This document shows positions 53,265 through 63,240 of a DNA stretch of 64,000 nt, piece after piece. Positions within the stretch are counted from its first letter, which is position 1; every line of letters begins with the position of its first letter. The notes below the pieces were generated by a model. It made no database searches. It had not been told where the DNA came from and saw nothing but the letters and a program-made list of their open reading frames with translations. The position numbers and the translations under genes were made by a program. Source of the stretch: Thermoanaerobaculia bacterium (GTDB lineage: Bacteria > Acidobacteriota > Thermoanaerobaculia > Multivoradales > UBA5704); contig JBDSHF010000028.1 of assembly GCA_039918595.1 (NCBI GenBank), positions 5,370 to 69,369 on the forward strand, in the 5' to 3' direction.

Positions 53265-53722
53265 GAGGGCTCCTCCGCCTTGACCGGGACCGGGATCGCG
53301 CAGCTCGGCCCGCAGCTTCGCCCTTTGTCCAGATCCCCGGCCAGGCAGACGCTGCGCTGCCCCTTGTCCTGCAGCCAGTGGGCGAGCTCGGAGACGGTGC
53401 CTTTCTCGGCTCCCGTCTGGCAGGCCAGGCGCAGGACCATCGGCAGGTTCACCCCGGTCAGCACCTCGAACTTGTCCGCCTGGTAGAAGGTCATCGAGAT
53501 GTTGCAAGGCGTGCCGCCGTACATGTCGGTCAGGATGAGCACCCCCTGCCCCTGGTCGAGCCGCTCCAGGGCGGCGGCCACCTTGCTCCGCGCCTCGTCG
53601 AAGCCGTCGCTCCAGTCGAGCGACAGCGCCTCGAACCCGTTCAGCGAGCCCGAGATGGTATTCGCAGCGGCCAGGAGCTCGCGCGCCAGACCGCCATGAG
53701 TCAGGATCAGTTTTCCGATCAT
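53261..53722 (-). CDS. PTS EIIA component, mannose/fructose family.
   Basis: MIGKLILTHGGLARELL...GVLILTDMYGGTPCN matches the EIIA-Man fold pattern. Confidence 0.8.
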   Translation of the reverse strand: MIGKLILTHGGLARELLAAANTISGSLNGFEALSLDWSDGFDEARSKVAAALERLDQGQGVLILTDMYGGTPCNISMTFYQADKFEVLTGVNLPMVLRLACQTGAEKGTVSELAHWLQDKGQRSVCLAGDLDKGRSCGPSCAIPVPVKAEEPS

Positions 53723-53809
53723 CGGCTTAGAAACACTCCCAGAATGGTAACCCGCTTGTTCTCCCCACGATTCCGCCCGCTCGGCACCGGATCAATCAAC
53801 ACCCGTGAA

Positions 53810-54712
53810 TCAGCGAGCGATGTCGCGGTGGATCACCCGCGCCGGCCAATCCTGCTCTTCCAGCGCCAGCTTCAGTCGTTCGGCGACGGCCACCGACCGG
53901 TGCCGCCCCCCCGTGCAGCCGATCGCCACCGAGAGATAGCTCCGGTTCTCGCGGCGGTAACGCGGCAGCAGATAGACCAGCAGGTCGGTCAGCCGGCCGA
54001 CCAGCTCCGCGAAGTCCGGCTGCTGGTCGAGATAGTCTTGTACCCCTTCGTCCTGCCCCGTCTGCTCGCGCAACCCGGGAACGAAGTGCGGGTTGGGCAG
54101 GAACCGCACGTCGAAGAGCAGGTCGGTACCGTAGGGGATGCCGTGCTTGAAACCGAAGCTTACCAGGGAGACGACCATTCCGGGCTCTTCGCCGGGATTG
54201 GTGGCGAACTCGCGGTAGACCTGGCTGCGGATCTCGTGGATCGACCAGGAGCTGGTGTCGAACACCATGTCGGCGCGGGCGCGCAGCTCCGCCAGCACCT
54301 CCCGCTCGCGGCGGATCCCCTCGATCACCGGCTGGTCCGGCGCCAGGGGGTGGGGGCGCCGGGTCTCGGAGAAGCGCCGCACCAGCACCTCGTCCGAGGC
54401 TTCGAGGAAGAGCAGCCGGGGGTCGATGCGGTCGCGGTCGATCTCGGCGAACAGGCGCGGGAACTCCTCGGCGAAGCCGGGAGCGCGCACATCGGTGACC
54501 ACGGCGATGCGGTCGTTGCCGCGCACCAGCTCCAGCGGGTTGTCGAGGAAGAGGCGCAGCAGGGGGAGCGGGAGGTTGTCGACCGTGTAATACGAGAGAT
54601 CCTCGAAGCACTTGGCGACCACGCTCTTGCCCGACCCCGAGAGGCCGGTGATGATGACGAGCCGGGCGGTACTCACCAAGGAGCTACCGGGGGGCTTTGC
54701 GGTTTCGTTCAA
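53810..54712 (-). CDS. rapZ: RNase adapter protein RapZ (YhbJ).
   Basis: LVIITGLSGSGKSVVAKCFEDLSYYTVDNLP and a C-terminal YhbJ domain. Confidence 0.9.
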   Translation of the reverse strand: MNETAKPPGSSLVSTARLVIITGLSGSGKSVVAKCFEDLSYYTVDNLPLPLLRLFLDNPLELVRGNDRIAVVTDVRAPGFAEEFPRLFAEIDRDRIDPRLLFLEASDEVLVRRFSETRRPHPLAPDQPVIEGIRREREVLAELRARADMVFDTSSWSIHEIRSQVYREFATNPGEEPGMVVSLVSFGFKHGIPYGTDLLFDVRFLPNPHFVPGLREQTGQDEGVQDYLDQQPDFAELVGRLTDLLVYLLPRYRRENRSYLSVAIGCTGGRHRSVAVAERLKLALEEQDWPARVIHRDIAR

Positions 54713-55679
54713 GCTGAGCCTCGAGTTTGCGCGCGAACTCCCGGGCCGAGTGGTGCCCCTGCAGCTTCAGCACGTGGTTGCGCGCCGCGATCTCGACCAG
54801 GATGCTGATGTTGCGCCCCATGGCGACCGGCATGCGGATGTAGGGGCAGGGGGTCTCCAGGATGTGGAACACCGTCTCGTCGAGGCCGAGCCGGTCGTAG
54901 GTCCGGCCGTCGCGCCAGTGCTCCAGCTCGATCACCAGGTCGATCGTGGTCCGCTCGCGCACCGAGGCGAGGCCGAACAGGTCCTGGACGTTGATGATCC
55001 CGATCCCCCGCAGCTCCATGTGGTGGCGCAGCGGCCCCTCGTTGTAGCCGACCAGCTCGCCGTTCGGGTAGCGCTTGACCTGCACCTTGTCGTCCGCCAC
55101 CAGGCTGTGGCCGCGGGTGATCAGGTCGAGGGCCGACTCGCTCTTGCCCACCCCGCTCTCGCCGATCAGCAGCACGCCGAGACCGTAGATCTCGAGCAGC
55201 ACGCCGTGCAGCGAGGTCGAGGGGACCAGGTGGTCCTCCAGGAAGTAGCTGATCCCCTTGATGACGTTCGACGACAGGGCGGGCGAGGAGAGGACGGGCA
55301 CCTCGCGGTTCTGGCAGAGCGAGAGGAAGCCGGGGAGCGGCGGCAGCCCCTTGGTGATGACGAACACCGGCACCGGCAGGCTGGTGATGCGGTCGAGCCG
55401 CTCCAGCCGCTCCTCCTCCTCGAGCGTCTTCAGGTACTCGGCCTCGCTCTCGCCGATGATCTGCACCCGCCCCGGCTTGATGTAGGCGTAATAGCCGGCG
55501 AAGGCGAGCCCCGGCTTCTGCACCCGTGGATGGGTGATCAGATTGTCCAGGTGCGACTGGCCGGAGAGGATGCTGAGGCGGAGGTAGCTCAGCTCCTCCC
55601 CCATCAGCTCCGCGACCGGCACCGCGCCGCTCCCGGGCTCCATCAGATACGTTTCCGGATGCGTTTCGCTCTCCATCAC
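54684..55679 (-). CDS. hprK: HPr kinase/phosphorylase.
   Basis: GVLLEIYGLGVLLIGESGVGKSESALDLITRGHSLVADD Walker A and the HprK signature. Confidence 0.9.
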   Translation of the reverse strand: MMESETHPETYLMEPGSGAVPVAELMGEELSYLRLSILSGQSHLDNLITHPRVQKPGLAFAGYYAYIKPGRVQIIGESEAEYLKTLEEEERLERLDRITSLPVPVFVITKGLPPLPGFLSLCQNREVPVLSSPALSSNVIKGISYFLEDHLVPSTSLHGVLLEIYGLGVLLIGESGVGKSESALDLITRGHSLVADDKVQVKRYPNGELVGYNEGPLRHHMELRGIGIINVQDLFGLASVRERTTIDLVIELEHWRDGRTYDRLGLDETVFHILETPCPYIRMPVAMGRNISILVEIAARNHVLKLQGHHSAREFARKLEAQLERNRKAPR

Positions 55680-55864
55680 CCATCCTCATCGCGCAGGAGA
55701 TCGTACACCCGCGCCGCGTCGTGCAGGCCGAGGAGCCGGCCGGCATGACCGTCCGCCTTGATCCAGCGCGAGATGGCGGCCAGGGCGCGCAACACTCCGG
55801 GTCGATCGGTCGCCGGCAGATCCGGGAAGATCAGCTCCGGCCGGGTCAGCGCGCCGAGGCCCAC
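55676..55864 (-). CDS. Short EIIA-Ntr (PtsN)-like N-terminal fragment (62 aa); possible remnant.
   Basis: Sits where ptsN/hpf normally lie between rpoN and hprK. LTRPELIFPDLPATDRPGVLRALAAISRW resembles the PtsN N-terminus, but the active-site His region is absent. Confidence 0.3.
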   Translation of the reverse strand: MGLGALTRPELIFPDLPATDRPGVLRALAAISRWIKADGHAGRLLGLHDAARVYDLLRDEDG

Positions 55865-55865
55865 C

Positions 55866-57323
55866 TCAGAAGATCTGCTTCCGGTCGGTCGACGAGGGGA
55901 TGTTGAGCTCGTCCCGGTACTTCGCCACCGTGCGGCGGGCGATCTGGATCCCCTCGCGGTTCAAGATCCGCATCAGCTCGCTGTCGGACAGCGGCCGCTT
56001 CGGATCCTCGGCCTGGATCATCTGCTCGATCTTGCGCTTCACCGTCAGCGAGGAGATGTTGTCGCCGTACTCGCGGTCGATGCCGCTGTGGAAGAAGAAC
56101 TTCATCGGGAAGAGGCCGCGCTGGGTGTGGATGTACTTGTTGGAGACCACCCGGCTGACCGTCGACTCGTGCATGCCGATGTCCTCGGCCACGTCGCGCA
56201 GCACCATCGGCCGCAGGTGGTCGATGCCGCGGTCGAGGAACTCGCGCTGCTGGCGGACGATCGAGTCCGCCACCTTGTAGATCGTCCGCTGGCGCTGGTC
56301 GAGGCTCTTGATCAGCCAGACCGCCGAGCGGATCTTGTCCTTGATGAACGCCTGCGCCTCGCTCTGCCGCCCCTCGCTGCGCATGGTCTGCAGCATGCGC
56401 CGGTAGGCGCGGCTGACCCGCAGCCGGGGGAGGCCGTCGTCGTTGAGCTGGATGACGTACTCTTCGCCGACCCGGCGGACGAAGACGTCGGGCTCGATGT
56501 AGTGCGGCCGGTCGGTGCTGAACTGGCGCCCGGGATGAGTCTCCAGCGTGCGCACCACCTCGAGCGCCGCTTCCAGCTCCGGCAGATCGACGTTCAGCTT
56601 CTTGGCCACCGCCGGGAACTGCCGGCGCAGGAAGAGGTCCCAGGCCTCGTCGACCATCCGCCGCGCCAGCGACTCCGGCTCGATCCCCTTCATGTCCATC
56701 TGCAGCAGCAGGCTCTCGCGCAGGTCGACGCAGGCGATGCCCGGCGGATCGAAGGAGCGCACGATGGCGAGCGCCTCCTCGATCTCCGCCATGGTGTACT
56801 CGCGCCCCTCGGCGTCGCCCATCCCGAGGATCTCGTCGAGGGTGGCGACCAGGAAGCCGTCCGGGTTGAGGTTGCCGATGATCAGCTCGACGATCTCGCG
56901 CTGGCGGGGACCGATCTCCGCCATGTGGAGCTGCCAGAGGAGGTGGTCGTAGAGGTCGGCCTCGCGGGAGAGGCTGTTTTCGATCGGCGGCTCTTCCCGC
57001 TCCTCCATCATCGACGACGCCCCGGAGCCCTCCCAGTAGTCGCCGAAGTAGGCGTCGAGGTCGATGTTCTCCATCGACTTCTCGTGGTCGAGGGTCTCAC
57101 CGTTGGCCGGCGCCTCGGGAGCCGCTTCCTCTTCCCGCTGGGGCGTCTCCTCCTCGGTGATGTCCCCCGACTCCTCGAGGACTGGATTCTCCACCAGCTC
57201 CTGAGTGAGCAGCGTGTCGAGCTCCATACGCGTCATCTGCAGCAGCTTGATCGCCTGCTGCAAAGAAGGCGTCATCACAAGCTTCTGTGACATCTTCAAC
57301 GATAGTTTTTGCTCTAACGCCAT
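55866..57323 (-). CDS. rpoN: RNA polymerase sigma-54 factor.
   Basis: MALEQKLSLKMSQKLVMTPSLQQAIKLLQ N-terminus, a core-binding domain and the C-terminal RpoN box ARRTVAKYR. Confidence 0.95.
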   Translation of the reverse strand: MALEQKLSLKMSQKLVMTPSLQQAIKLLQMTRMELDTLLTQELVENPVLEESGDITEEETPQREEEAAPEAPANGETLDHEKSMENIDLDAYFGDYWEGSGASSMMEEREEPPIENSLSREADLYDHLLWQLHMAEIGPRQREIVELIIGNLNPDGFLVATLDEILGMGDAEGREYTMAEIEEALAIVRSFDPPGIACVDLRESLLLQMDMKGIEPESLARRMVDEAWDLFLRRQFPAVAKKLNVDLPELEAALEVVRTLETHPGRQFSTDRPHYIEPDVFVRRVGEEYVIQLNDDGLPRLRVSRAYRRMLQTMRSEGRQSEAQAFIKDKIRSAVWLIKSLDQRQRTIYKVADSIVRQQREFLDRGIDHLRPMVLRDVAEDIGMHESTVSRVVSNKYIHTQRGLFPMKFFFHSGIDREYGDNISSLTVKRKIEQMIQAEDPKRPLSDSELMRILNREGIQIARRTVAKYRDELNIPSSTDRKQIF

Positions 57324-57335
57324 TACACTTTCAGC

Positions 57336-58091
57336 CTACAGAGTGAAGTCTTCTCCAAGATAGATTTTTCGGACTTGCGCGTCCGTCGAAAGCTCATGCG
57401 GGGTGCCGGAGCGCAGAATTTCGCCGTTGTTGATGATATAGGCCCGGTCGGTTATTTTCAATGTTTCCCGCACGTTATGGTCGGTGATCAGAATTCCGAT
57501 CCCCATCGACTTCAGGTGCCTGATGATGCCCTGGATGTCGAGCACCGCGATCGGGTCGATCCCAGCGAACGGTTCGTCGAGAAGGATATACCACGGGTTG
57601 ATGACCAGCGCCCGCGCGATCTCGACCCGCCGCCGCTCGCCGCCCGACAGCAGGGCCCCGCGGGTGCGCCGCACCTTGGACAGTCCGAGGTCGGCGATGA
57701 GCTGGTCGATGCGCCGTTCCTGCTCCGCGTGCGAGAGGTCGACCGTCTCGAAGATCGCCCGCAGATTGTTCTCCACCGACATGCGGCGGAAGACCGACGG
57801 CTCCTGCGGCAGATAGCTGATCCCGCGCTGCGCCCGCAGGTACATCGGCAGCTCGGTGATGTCCTCGTCGCCGAGCAGGACGGTCCCCGAATCGGGCGGC
57901 GTCAGCCCGACCACCATGTAGAAGGTCGTCGTCTTGCCGGCGCCGTTGGGGCCCAGCAGCCCCACGATCTCCCCCGGGCCGACCTCGATCGACACGTCCT
58001 GCACCACGGCCCGGCCGCGGTACACCTTGCGCAGGTTGGCCGTCGCGAGCTTCCGCGCCTCCCCGGTCCTTTCGCTCAACGGCTCGGTCAT
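57336..58091 (-). CDS. lptB: LPS export ABC transporter ATP-binding protein LptB.
   Basis: [16 protein letters not shown] Walker [16 protein letters not shown] signature motif, and conserved lptB-rpoN synteny. Confidence 0.9.
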   Translation of the reverse strand: MTEPLSERTGEARKLATANLRKVYRGRAVVQDVSIEVGPGEIVGLLGPNGAGKTTTFYMVVGLTPPDSGTVLLGDEDITELPMYLRAQRGISYLPQEPSVFRRMSVENNLRAIFETVDLSHAEQERRIDQLIADLGLSKVRRTRGALLSGGERRRVEIARALVINPWYILLDEPFAGIDPIAVLDIQGIIRHLKSMGIGILITDHNVRETLKITDRAYIINNGEILRSGTPHELSTDAQVRKIYLGEDFTL

Positions 58092-60226
58092 CTTTCCTTT
58101 CCTGGTGGCTTCGCCGGCGCCGGCTTCGGCGGCTTGGCCGACGGCCGGGTCTGGATGGCGGGGGCCGGATTGGCCTCCCCTTCCTTGCCCTGCACCACCG
58201 CCCGGCCGTCGTCGACGTAGTAGAGCACCCGCTTGCCGCGCACCTGGTTGCCGTCCTTGTCGGTCATCGTCACCGGCTCGCCGGTGATGTCGATCTGCCG
58301 CTGGCTCACCTGGTAGAGCGCCTTCTGCCCGTCGATCTTCCGCCCCACCTTGGGGTCGTTCAGCTTGGTGTCGCCGCTGCAGGTCATCGTCTTCGCCTGG
58401 CGGTCCGCCCCGAGATCGACCTCCAGCCGCTGGCAGGTGAGGGTCTTCCCCTCCTGGTCCACCCGCACGTTGCCGGTGTAGAGAAGGAGGCCGGCCTTCG
58501 GCGGCTCGCCCTCCCCCTTCTGCCCGCCCTTTTCTGAGCCCTTTTCCGAATACTGGAGATCGCCCGCCGAGACCTGGATCGGCGTCGGCTTCTTCCCTCC
58601 CGCGCCCGCTTTACCCGCCTGCTCCTGGGTGGGATAGAACAGCGTCTTCACCCCGCCCGTGGCGGTGAGCTGGTCCGCCGCCTTGTCCCCGCGCAGCTCC
58701 GGCGCCAGCAGCAGGTTGTCCCCGCGCCAGGCGCGCACGTCGCCACGGAAGATGAATGAGGACGGCTGCTGCCGCCAGAATGCCTCCTGCGATTCTACAT
58801 GCACTGGACCCTGCCCATTAGCAAGCGGCGTGCCAGAGAGCGCCGTCTCCTCCACCTTCTGCAGCAGCGCCTTCACGCCGCCGCGGGCGTTCACGATCTG
58901 CTGATCGGTGTTGTAGACCATTCTCGGCGCCTCGATCCGCCCGCGGTCACTGGTCACCACCACCGGGTCGCCGACGAACTCGCCGCGCCCCTGCTCCATG
59001 TCGAGCGCCCCGTGCTTGCCGGTGGCGGTGACCTGGCCGTCGTGGTAGACGACGTTGTTGTCGAAGCTCATGGTGGCGAGCTGGCCGTCCGGCTTGAAGG
59101 TGGCCGCGCCGCGCTGGCCGGTGGCCTGGCGCAGGACCGGCTTGCCGGCCACCCGCGAGACCTCGCGGATCTCGACGCCGCCGAAGGCGTCCGCCGCGTT
59201 CAGCACGCCGTTCTCCATCGTCCCTTCCAGGCGGCGCGCGGTGAGGGTGCGCGAGACGCCGCCGCCCGTCGAATCCATCTGCACGCGGCCGTTCTCCGGC
59301 GCCGAATACTCCACCCGCCGCGCCTGGTTCCCCTCCGGCTGAAAGACCACCGCGAGGTCCTTCCCCCCCTTGAAGCGGATGGTCGTCGGCTGCGCCGCGG
59401 CTTTTCCAGGAGAAGACAGCCCTGGCGCCAGCGCCGTCGTCGAGTGGGTCTCCCCCTCGATGGCCCAGAAGGCATGGACGAACTTGAGCCCGGTCTCGTC
59501 GTCCGACAGGTTGCCGTAGATGCGCACGGCCGCCAGCCGGTCCTGCCCGCGGCGGATCCGGGTGCCCCCCTCGGCGCGCATCCAGAGCTTCTGGCGGTCG
59601 TAGATCAAGCGCTGCGCGGTGACCTGGACCGGCGGCTCCACCCCCGGGACGCTGTCGATGCGGGCTCCCTGCCGCAGCGTGTAGACCTCGCCGGGGATGT
59701 CGATGTTCAGCCGGCCGGCGTGCGCGATGTACTTGCCGCCATAGTTGATCTCGACCGGCGTCTCGCTTTGCACCACGTCCCCCTTCTGCTGGAGGTTGAG
59801 GCGGGCGGTGCGCAGCTCGAGCTCGTTGGGGCCGCGGACGACGACGTTGCCCTGCAATTGCCCCTCGTTGGATTCGCGGTTGAAGCTCGCCTTCCGGCTT
59901 TCGAGGTGGAAGATCCGCCCCTGGCGGTCCCAGAGCGTGACGCCGACGCGGTCCAGGTAGATCGTCCCCTCGCGGTCCGCCTTGATGCTCTCCCCCTTGA
60001 TGTGGAAGACCGGCCGGGAGCCGTCGGTGAAGGTGTAGTCGAAATCCTCGCCGATCAGCGTCATCCCCTTGGAGCCACCGGTCTCCTCCGCCGTCGCCGG
60101 CTTGTCCCGCCGCTGGCCGGCCTTGCCGAACATGAAGAGTCCGACCACCCCCACGACGAGCAGCACCAGCGCAAGGAGCAGCAGCTTGCGGAAGAGGGAG
60201 ACGTAAGAGCGGGCTTTGCGCGCCAT
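58088..60226 (-). CDS. LptC/LptA (OstA-like) family protein, 712 aa, with an N-terminal TM anchor and several beta-jellyroll repeats.
   Basis: [21 protein letters not shown]. Position immediately upstream of lptB (lptC-lptA-lptB-rpoN synteny). Its stop overlaps the lptB start. Confidence 0.65.
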   Translation of the reverse strand: MARKARSYVSLFRKLLLLALVLLVVGVVGLFMFGKAGQRRDKPATAEETGGSKGMTLIGEDFDYTFTDGSRPVFHIKGESIKADREGTIYLDRVGVTLWDRQGRIFHLESRKASFNRESNEGQLQGNVVVRGPNELELRTARLNLQQKGDVVQSETPVEINYGGKYIAHAGRLNIDIPGEVYTLRQGARIDSVPGVEPPVQVTAQRLIYDRQKLWMRAEGGTRIRRGQDRLAAVRIYGNLSDDETGLKFVHAFWAIEGETHSTTALAPGLSSPGKAAAQPTTIRFKGGKDLAVVFQPEGNQARRVEYSAPENGRVQMDSTGGGVSRTLTARRLEGTMENGVLNAADAFGGVEIREVSRVAGKPVLRQATGQRGAATFKPDGQLATMSFDNNVVYHDGQVTATGKHGALDMEQGRGEFVGDPVVVTSDRGRIEAPRMVYNTDQQIVNARGGVKALLQKVEETALSGTPLANGQGPVHVESQEAFWRQQPSSFIFRGDVRAWRGDNLLLAPELRGDKAADQLTATGGVKTLFYPTQEQAGKAGAGGKKPTPIQVSAGDLQYSEKGSEKGGQKGEGEPPKAGLLLYTGNVRVDQEGKTLTCQRLEVDLGADRQAKTMTCSGDTKLNDPKVGRKIDGQKALYQVSQRQIDITGEPVTMTDKDGNQVRGKRVLYYVDDGRAVVQGKEGEANPAPAIQTRPSAKPPKPAPAKPPGKER

Positions 60227-60278
60227 CGGCGATGAATTCTAAGTTCGATCGAGAGTTTCAGGAAAAGATCCAGGCCGT

Positions 60279-61940
60279 TCAAGAAGGCCGGCTGTCCACC
60301 AGCCGCAGCACCGGACCGCCGCGATAGGAGTCGTCCTCGACACAGGCGAGAACCTCGAAGCTGCCGCGCAGATCCCGCGCGCGCTCCGCCCACCGCCACC
60401 CTACCAGCTCGACGGTAGCGCCGTCTCCCCCGCGGGCCCGCGCCGACAGATGGCCGTTGCCGAAATTGCGCGGCTCCCCCTCGATCCGCAGCGGACCGGT
60501 GCGCAGGAGCGGCCGCGGATTCCCCTGGCCGAACGGCTCGAGCTTCGCGAGCTGCGCCAGCAGGCGGGGCGACACCTCGCCCGGCGCCATGTGCAGCTCA
60601 TATTCGACCCGCCGCACCAGCATCTCCTCCGGCCACTCCGCCCCCGCCGCCTCCCATGCGCCCCGCAGCTCCTCCAGGCGGTCGGTCGCCACCGTCAGCC
60701 CGATCGCCTGCGAGTGGCCGCCGAATTTCTCCATCCGATCTTTCCAGGCCGAGAGGAAGCCGTGCAGCTCGAGGCCCGGCAGGCTGCGCCCCGAGCCGGT
60801 CGCCGTCGCCCCCTCGACCGCCAGCAGCACCACGGGGCGGTGGAGATCCTTGGCCACGCGGCCGGCCGCGATCCCCACCACGCCCTTATGCCAGCTCTCG
60901 CTCCAGGCCACCAGGATCGGCGGCAGCGGCGAGCGCTGGGCGAACTGGCCCATGGCCTCCTCCACTACTCGCATCTCCGTGGTCTGCCGCTCGCGGTTCC
61001 AGCCGTCGAGCTCGGCCGCCAGCGCCGCGGCGCGGCCGGCGTCGCGGCTCAGCAGCAGCTCCAGCGCCCGCTCGGGATCGTGCAGCCGCCCCGCCGCGTT
61101 GATCCGCGGCCCCATGCGAAAGCCGACGTCCGCCGCCGTGAACGGCGGCTTCATCCCGGACTGCAGGATGAGCGCCTTTAAACCCTGCGATTTCGCCTCG
61201 GCGAGCGCCTTGAGACCGAGCGCCGCGATCACCCGGTTCTCCCCGTGGAGCGGCACCAGGTCGGCGATCGTGCCCAGGCAGGCCACCCGCAGCAGCGGCG
61301 CCGGATCCAGCGTCTTGCCGCACCGCACCGCCAGGGCCAGCGCCAGCTTGAAGGCGAGCCCGACCGCCGCGAGATCCCGGAACGGGTAGGTGCAATGAGA
61401 TTGGTGGGGGTTGATGTGCAGCGCACCCGCCGGCAGCTCGCACCCCGGCAGGTGATGATCGGTGACGATGACGCCGATCCCGGCCGCCATAGCCGCCTCC
61501 ACCGCCTCGACCGAGGAGCTGCCGCAATCGGCGGTGACGATCAGGCCGCACCCCAGCTCGCGAGCCCGCTCCACGTGGACCGGCTGAAAGCCATACCCCT
61601 CGCGCAGCCGGTGCGGCATCACCGCCTTCGCCTCGATGCCGCAGGCCGCGAACACGGCGAGCAGCAGAGCGGTCGCGGAGATGCCGTCGACGTCGTAGTC
61701 GCCGACCACCGCGACCTTCTCCTTGCGCTCGCGGGCCCCCAGCAGCCGGGCCACCGCCTCCTCCATGCCGGCGAGCAGAAAGGGATCGTGAAGCTGATCG
61801 AGGGTTGGGTGCAGGAAGAGCTCGGCCCCGCGCGAGTCCTCGACGCCCCGCCGGGCGAGCAGCGCCGCGAGCCAGGGGGCTACCCCGTCCCGTTCGAGAC
61901 CGGCCGCGCACGCCGGCACCGGCGCGGCCACCCACTCCAC
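60279..61940 (-). CDS. recJ: Single-stranded-DNA-specific exonuclease RecJ (DHH/DHHA1).
   Basis: DHH motifs VVGDYDVDGISATALL and VTDHH, and a DHHA1 region GGGHxxAAG-like GGHSQAIG. Confidence 0.85.
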   Translation of the reverse strand: MEWVAAPVPACAAGLERDGVAPWLAALLARRGVEDSRGAELFLHPTLDQLHDPFLLAGMEEAVARLLGARERKEKVAVVGDYDVDGISATALLLAVFAACGIEAKAVMPHRLREGYGFQPVHVERARELGCGLIVTADCGSSSVEAVEAAMAAGIGVIVTDHHLPGCELPAGALHINPHQSHCTYPFRDLAAVGLAFKLALALAVRCGKTLDPAPLLRVACLGTIADLVPLHGENRVIAALGLKALAEAKSQGLKALILQSGMKPPFTAADVGFRMGPRINAAGRLHDPERALELLLSRDAGRAAALAAELDGWNRERQTTEMRVVEEAMGQFAQRSPLPPILVAWSESWHKGVVGIAAGRVAKDLHRPVVLLAVEGATATGSGRSLPGLELHGFLSAWKDRMEKFGGHSQAIGLTVATDRLEELRGAWEAAGAEWPEEMLVRRVEYELHMAPGEVSPRLLAQLAKLEPFGQGNPRPLLRTGPLRIEGEPRNFGNGHLSARARGGDGATVELVGWRWAERARDLRGSFEVLACVEDDSYRGGPVLRLVDSRPS

Positions 61941-61956
61941 CGGCGAGCTCAGATCG

Positions 61957-62922
61957 TTAGCCCTCGTCGTACGCCCCGAGGGCCCGGAACTTCTCGTAGC
62001 GGCGCGCGATCAGCTCTTTGGTCGAGAGGCGCTGCAGGTCGTTGAGCGCCCGCTCGACGACATCGCCCACCCGCCGGCACGCTGCATCCGGATCGGTGTG
62101 GGCGCCGCCGGCGGGCTCGGGGATGATCTCGTCGACGACGCCGAGGGCCAGGAGGTCGGGCGCCGTGATCTTCATCGCCTCGGCGGCCTCGTTCTTGCGG
62201 TCCTGGTCCTTCCAGAGGATGGCGGCGCACCCCTCGGGCGAGATCACCGAGTAGGTGGCATATTCCAGCATGTACACCCGGTCGCCCACCCCGAGCGCCA
62301 GCGCGCCGCCGCTCCCCCCCTCGCCGGTGACGGTGACGACGATCGGCACCTCCAGCACGGCCATCTCGATGAGGTTGCGGGCGATCGCCTCGGCCTGCCC
62401 CCGCTCCTCGGCGTCGAGGCCGGGATAGGCGCCGGCGGTGTCGATGAAGGTGAGGACGGGGCGGCCGAACCGCTCCGCCATCTTCATCACCCGCAGCGCT
62501 TTGCGGTACCCCTCGGGGCGCGGCTGGCCGAAGTTGCGGAGGATCCGCTCCCGGGTGTCGCGCCCCTTCTGATGGCCGATCACCGCGACGCTCCGGCCGC
62601 GGAACGTGGCGAACCCGGAGACGATGGCGGGATCGTCCCCGAAGGCGCGGTCGCCATGGATCTCTACCCAGTCGGTCATCAGCGCCTGCACGTACTCGAG
62701 GGTATAGGGGCGGTCCTGATGGCGGGCCACCAGGGTCTTCTGCCAGCGGTTGAGGCCGCCGTAGACGTCGGAGGTGGACTTGCGCAGCGTGTTGCGCAGG
62801 CGATCCAGCTCCTTCTCCTGCCCGCTCCCGGGCGGGAAGCCTTCCAGCTCCTGGATCTGGCGGCGGAGCTCGTTCAGGGGCTCGTCGAAATTGGAATCGG
62901 AGATTGCCATGCCGCCCGGCAA
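61957..62922 (-). CDS. accA: Acetyl-CoA carboxylase carboxyltransferase alpha subunit.
   Basis: LDFEKPLNELRRQIQEL-like N-terminus and the carboxyltransferase domain ...RPGEGGSGGALALGVGD. Confidence 0.9.
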   Translation of the reverse strand: MPGGMAISDSNFDEPLNELRRQIQELEGFPPGSGQEKELDRLRNTLRKSTSDVYGGLNRWQKTLVARHQDRPYTLEYVQALMTDWVEIHGDRAFGDDPAIVSGFATFRGRSVAVIGHQKGRDTRERILRNFGQPRPEGYRKALRVMKMAERFGRPVLTFIDTAGAYPGLDAEERGQAEAIARNLIEMAVLEVPIVVTVTGEGGSGGALALGVGDRVYMLEYATYSVISPEGCAAILWKDQDRKNEAAEAMKITAPDLLALGVVDEIIPEPAGGAHTDPDAACRRVGDVVERALNDLQRLSTKELIARRYEKFRALGAYDEG

Positions 62923-63047
62923 ACTAGCATAAAGCGGGGGGCGGAGGTCAACGCGGACGAAGCTGAGAATCTACCTTAGATGTATCGCTTGAGCCTTTGT
63001 CGGCGCGCCGACAGTGCGGGATGGCCAAGAGAAGAGGCCGGCGGCGG

Positions 63048-63140
63048 CGTTGAGGGCGACCGCAGGTCGCCCCTACAACCTGGGCCCCACATACACCTTG
63101 CGCCGGAGGTTGTAGGGGCGACCTGCGGTCGCCCTCAACG
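63048..63140. repeat. Perfect 33-bp inverted repeat (cgttgagggcgaccgcaggtcgcccctacaacc / ggttgtaggggcgacctgcggtcgccctcaacg) separated by 27 bp.
   Basis: Exact reverse-complement arms read from the sequence. Each arm contains the inner palindrome gcgaccgcaggtcgc. Lies in the divergent accA/Uma2 intergenic region. Confidence 0.8.
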
Positions 63141-63240
63141 CCACGGTGTCAGGATCGGCTTAGCTCGCCCGCCGGATCGATGAAGTCGCCGGTTCCGGAT
63201 AAATTTGACCACCTCGGCAAGACCTCCCTATACTTCCGTC

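Noticed and set aside
55758-57290. 510-aa plus-strand ORF antisense to rpoN; similar long antisense ORFs at 43756-45690 (antisense to lptFG), 53378-54808, 48569-50269, 51535-52968, 58799-60235, 60457-61389 and 34052-34852
   Set aside because: Typical high-GC antisense open frames: Arg/Ala/Gly/Pro-rich with no domain signal. Each is fully covered by a well-supported gene on the other strand.
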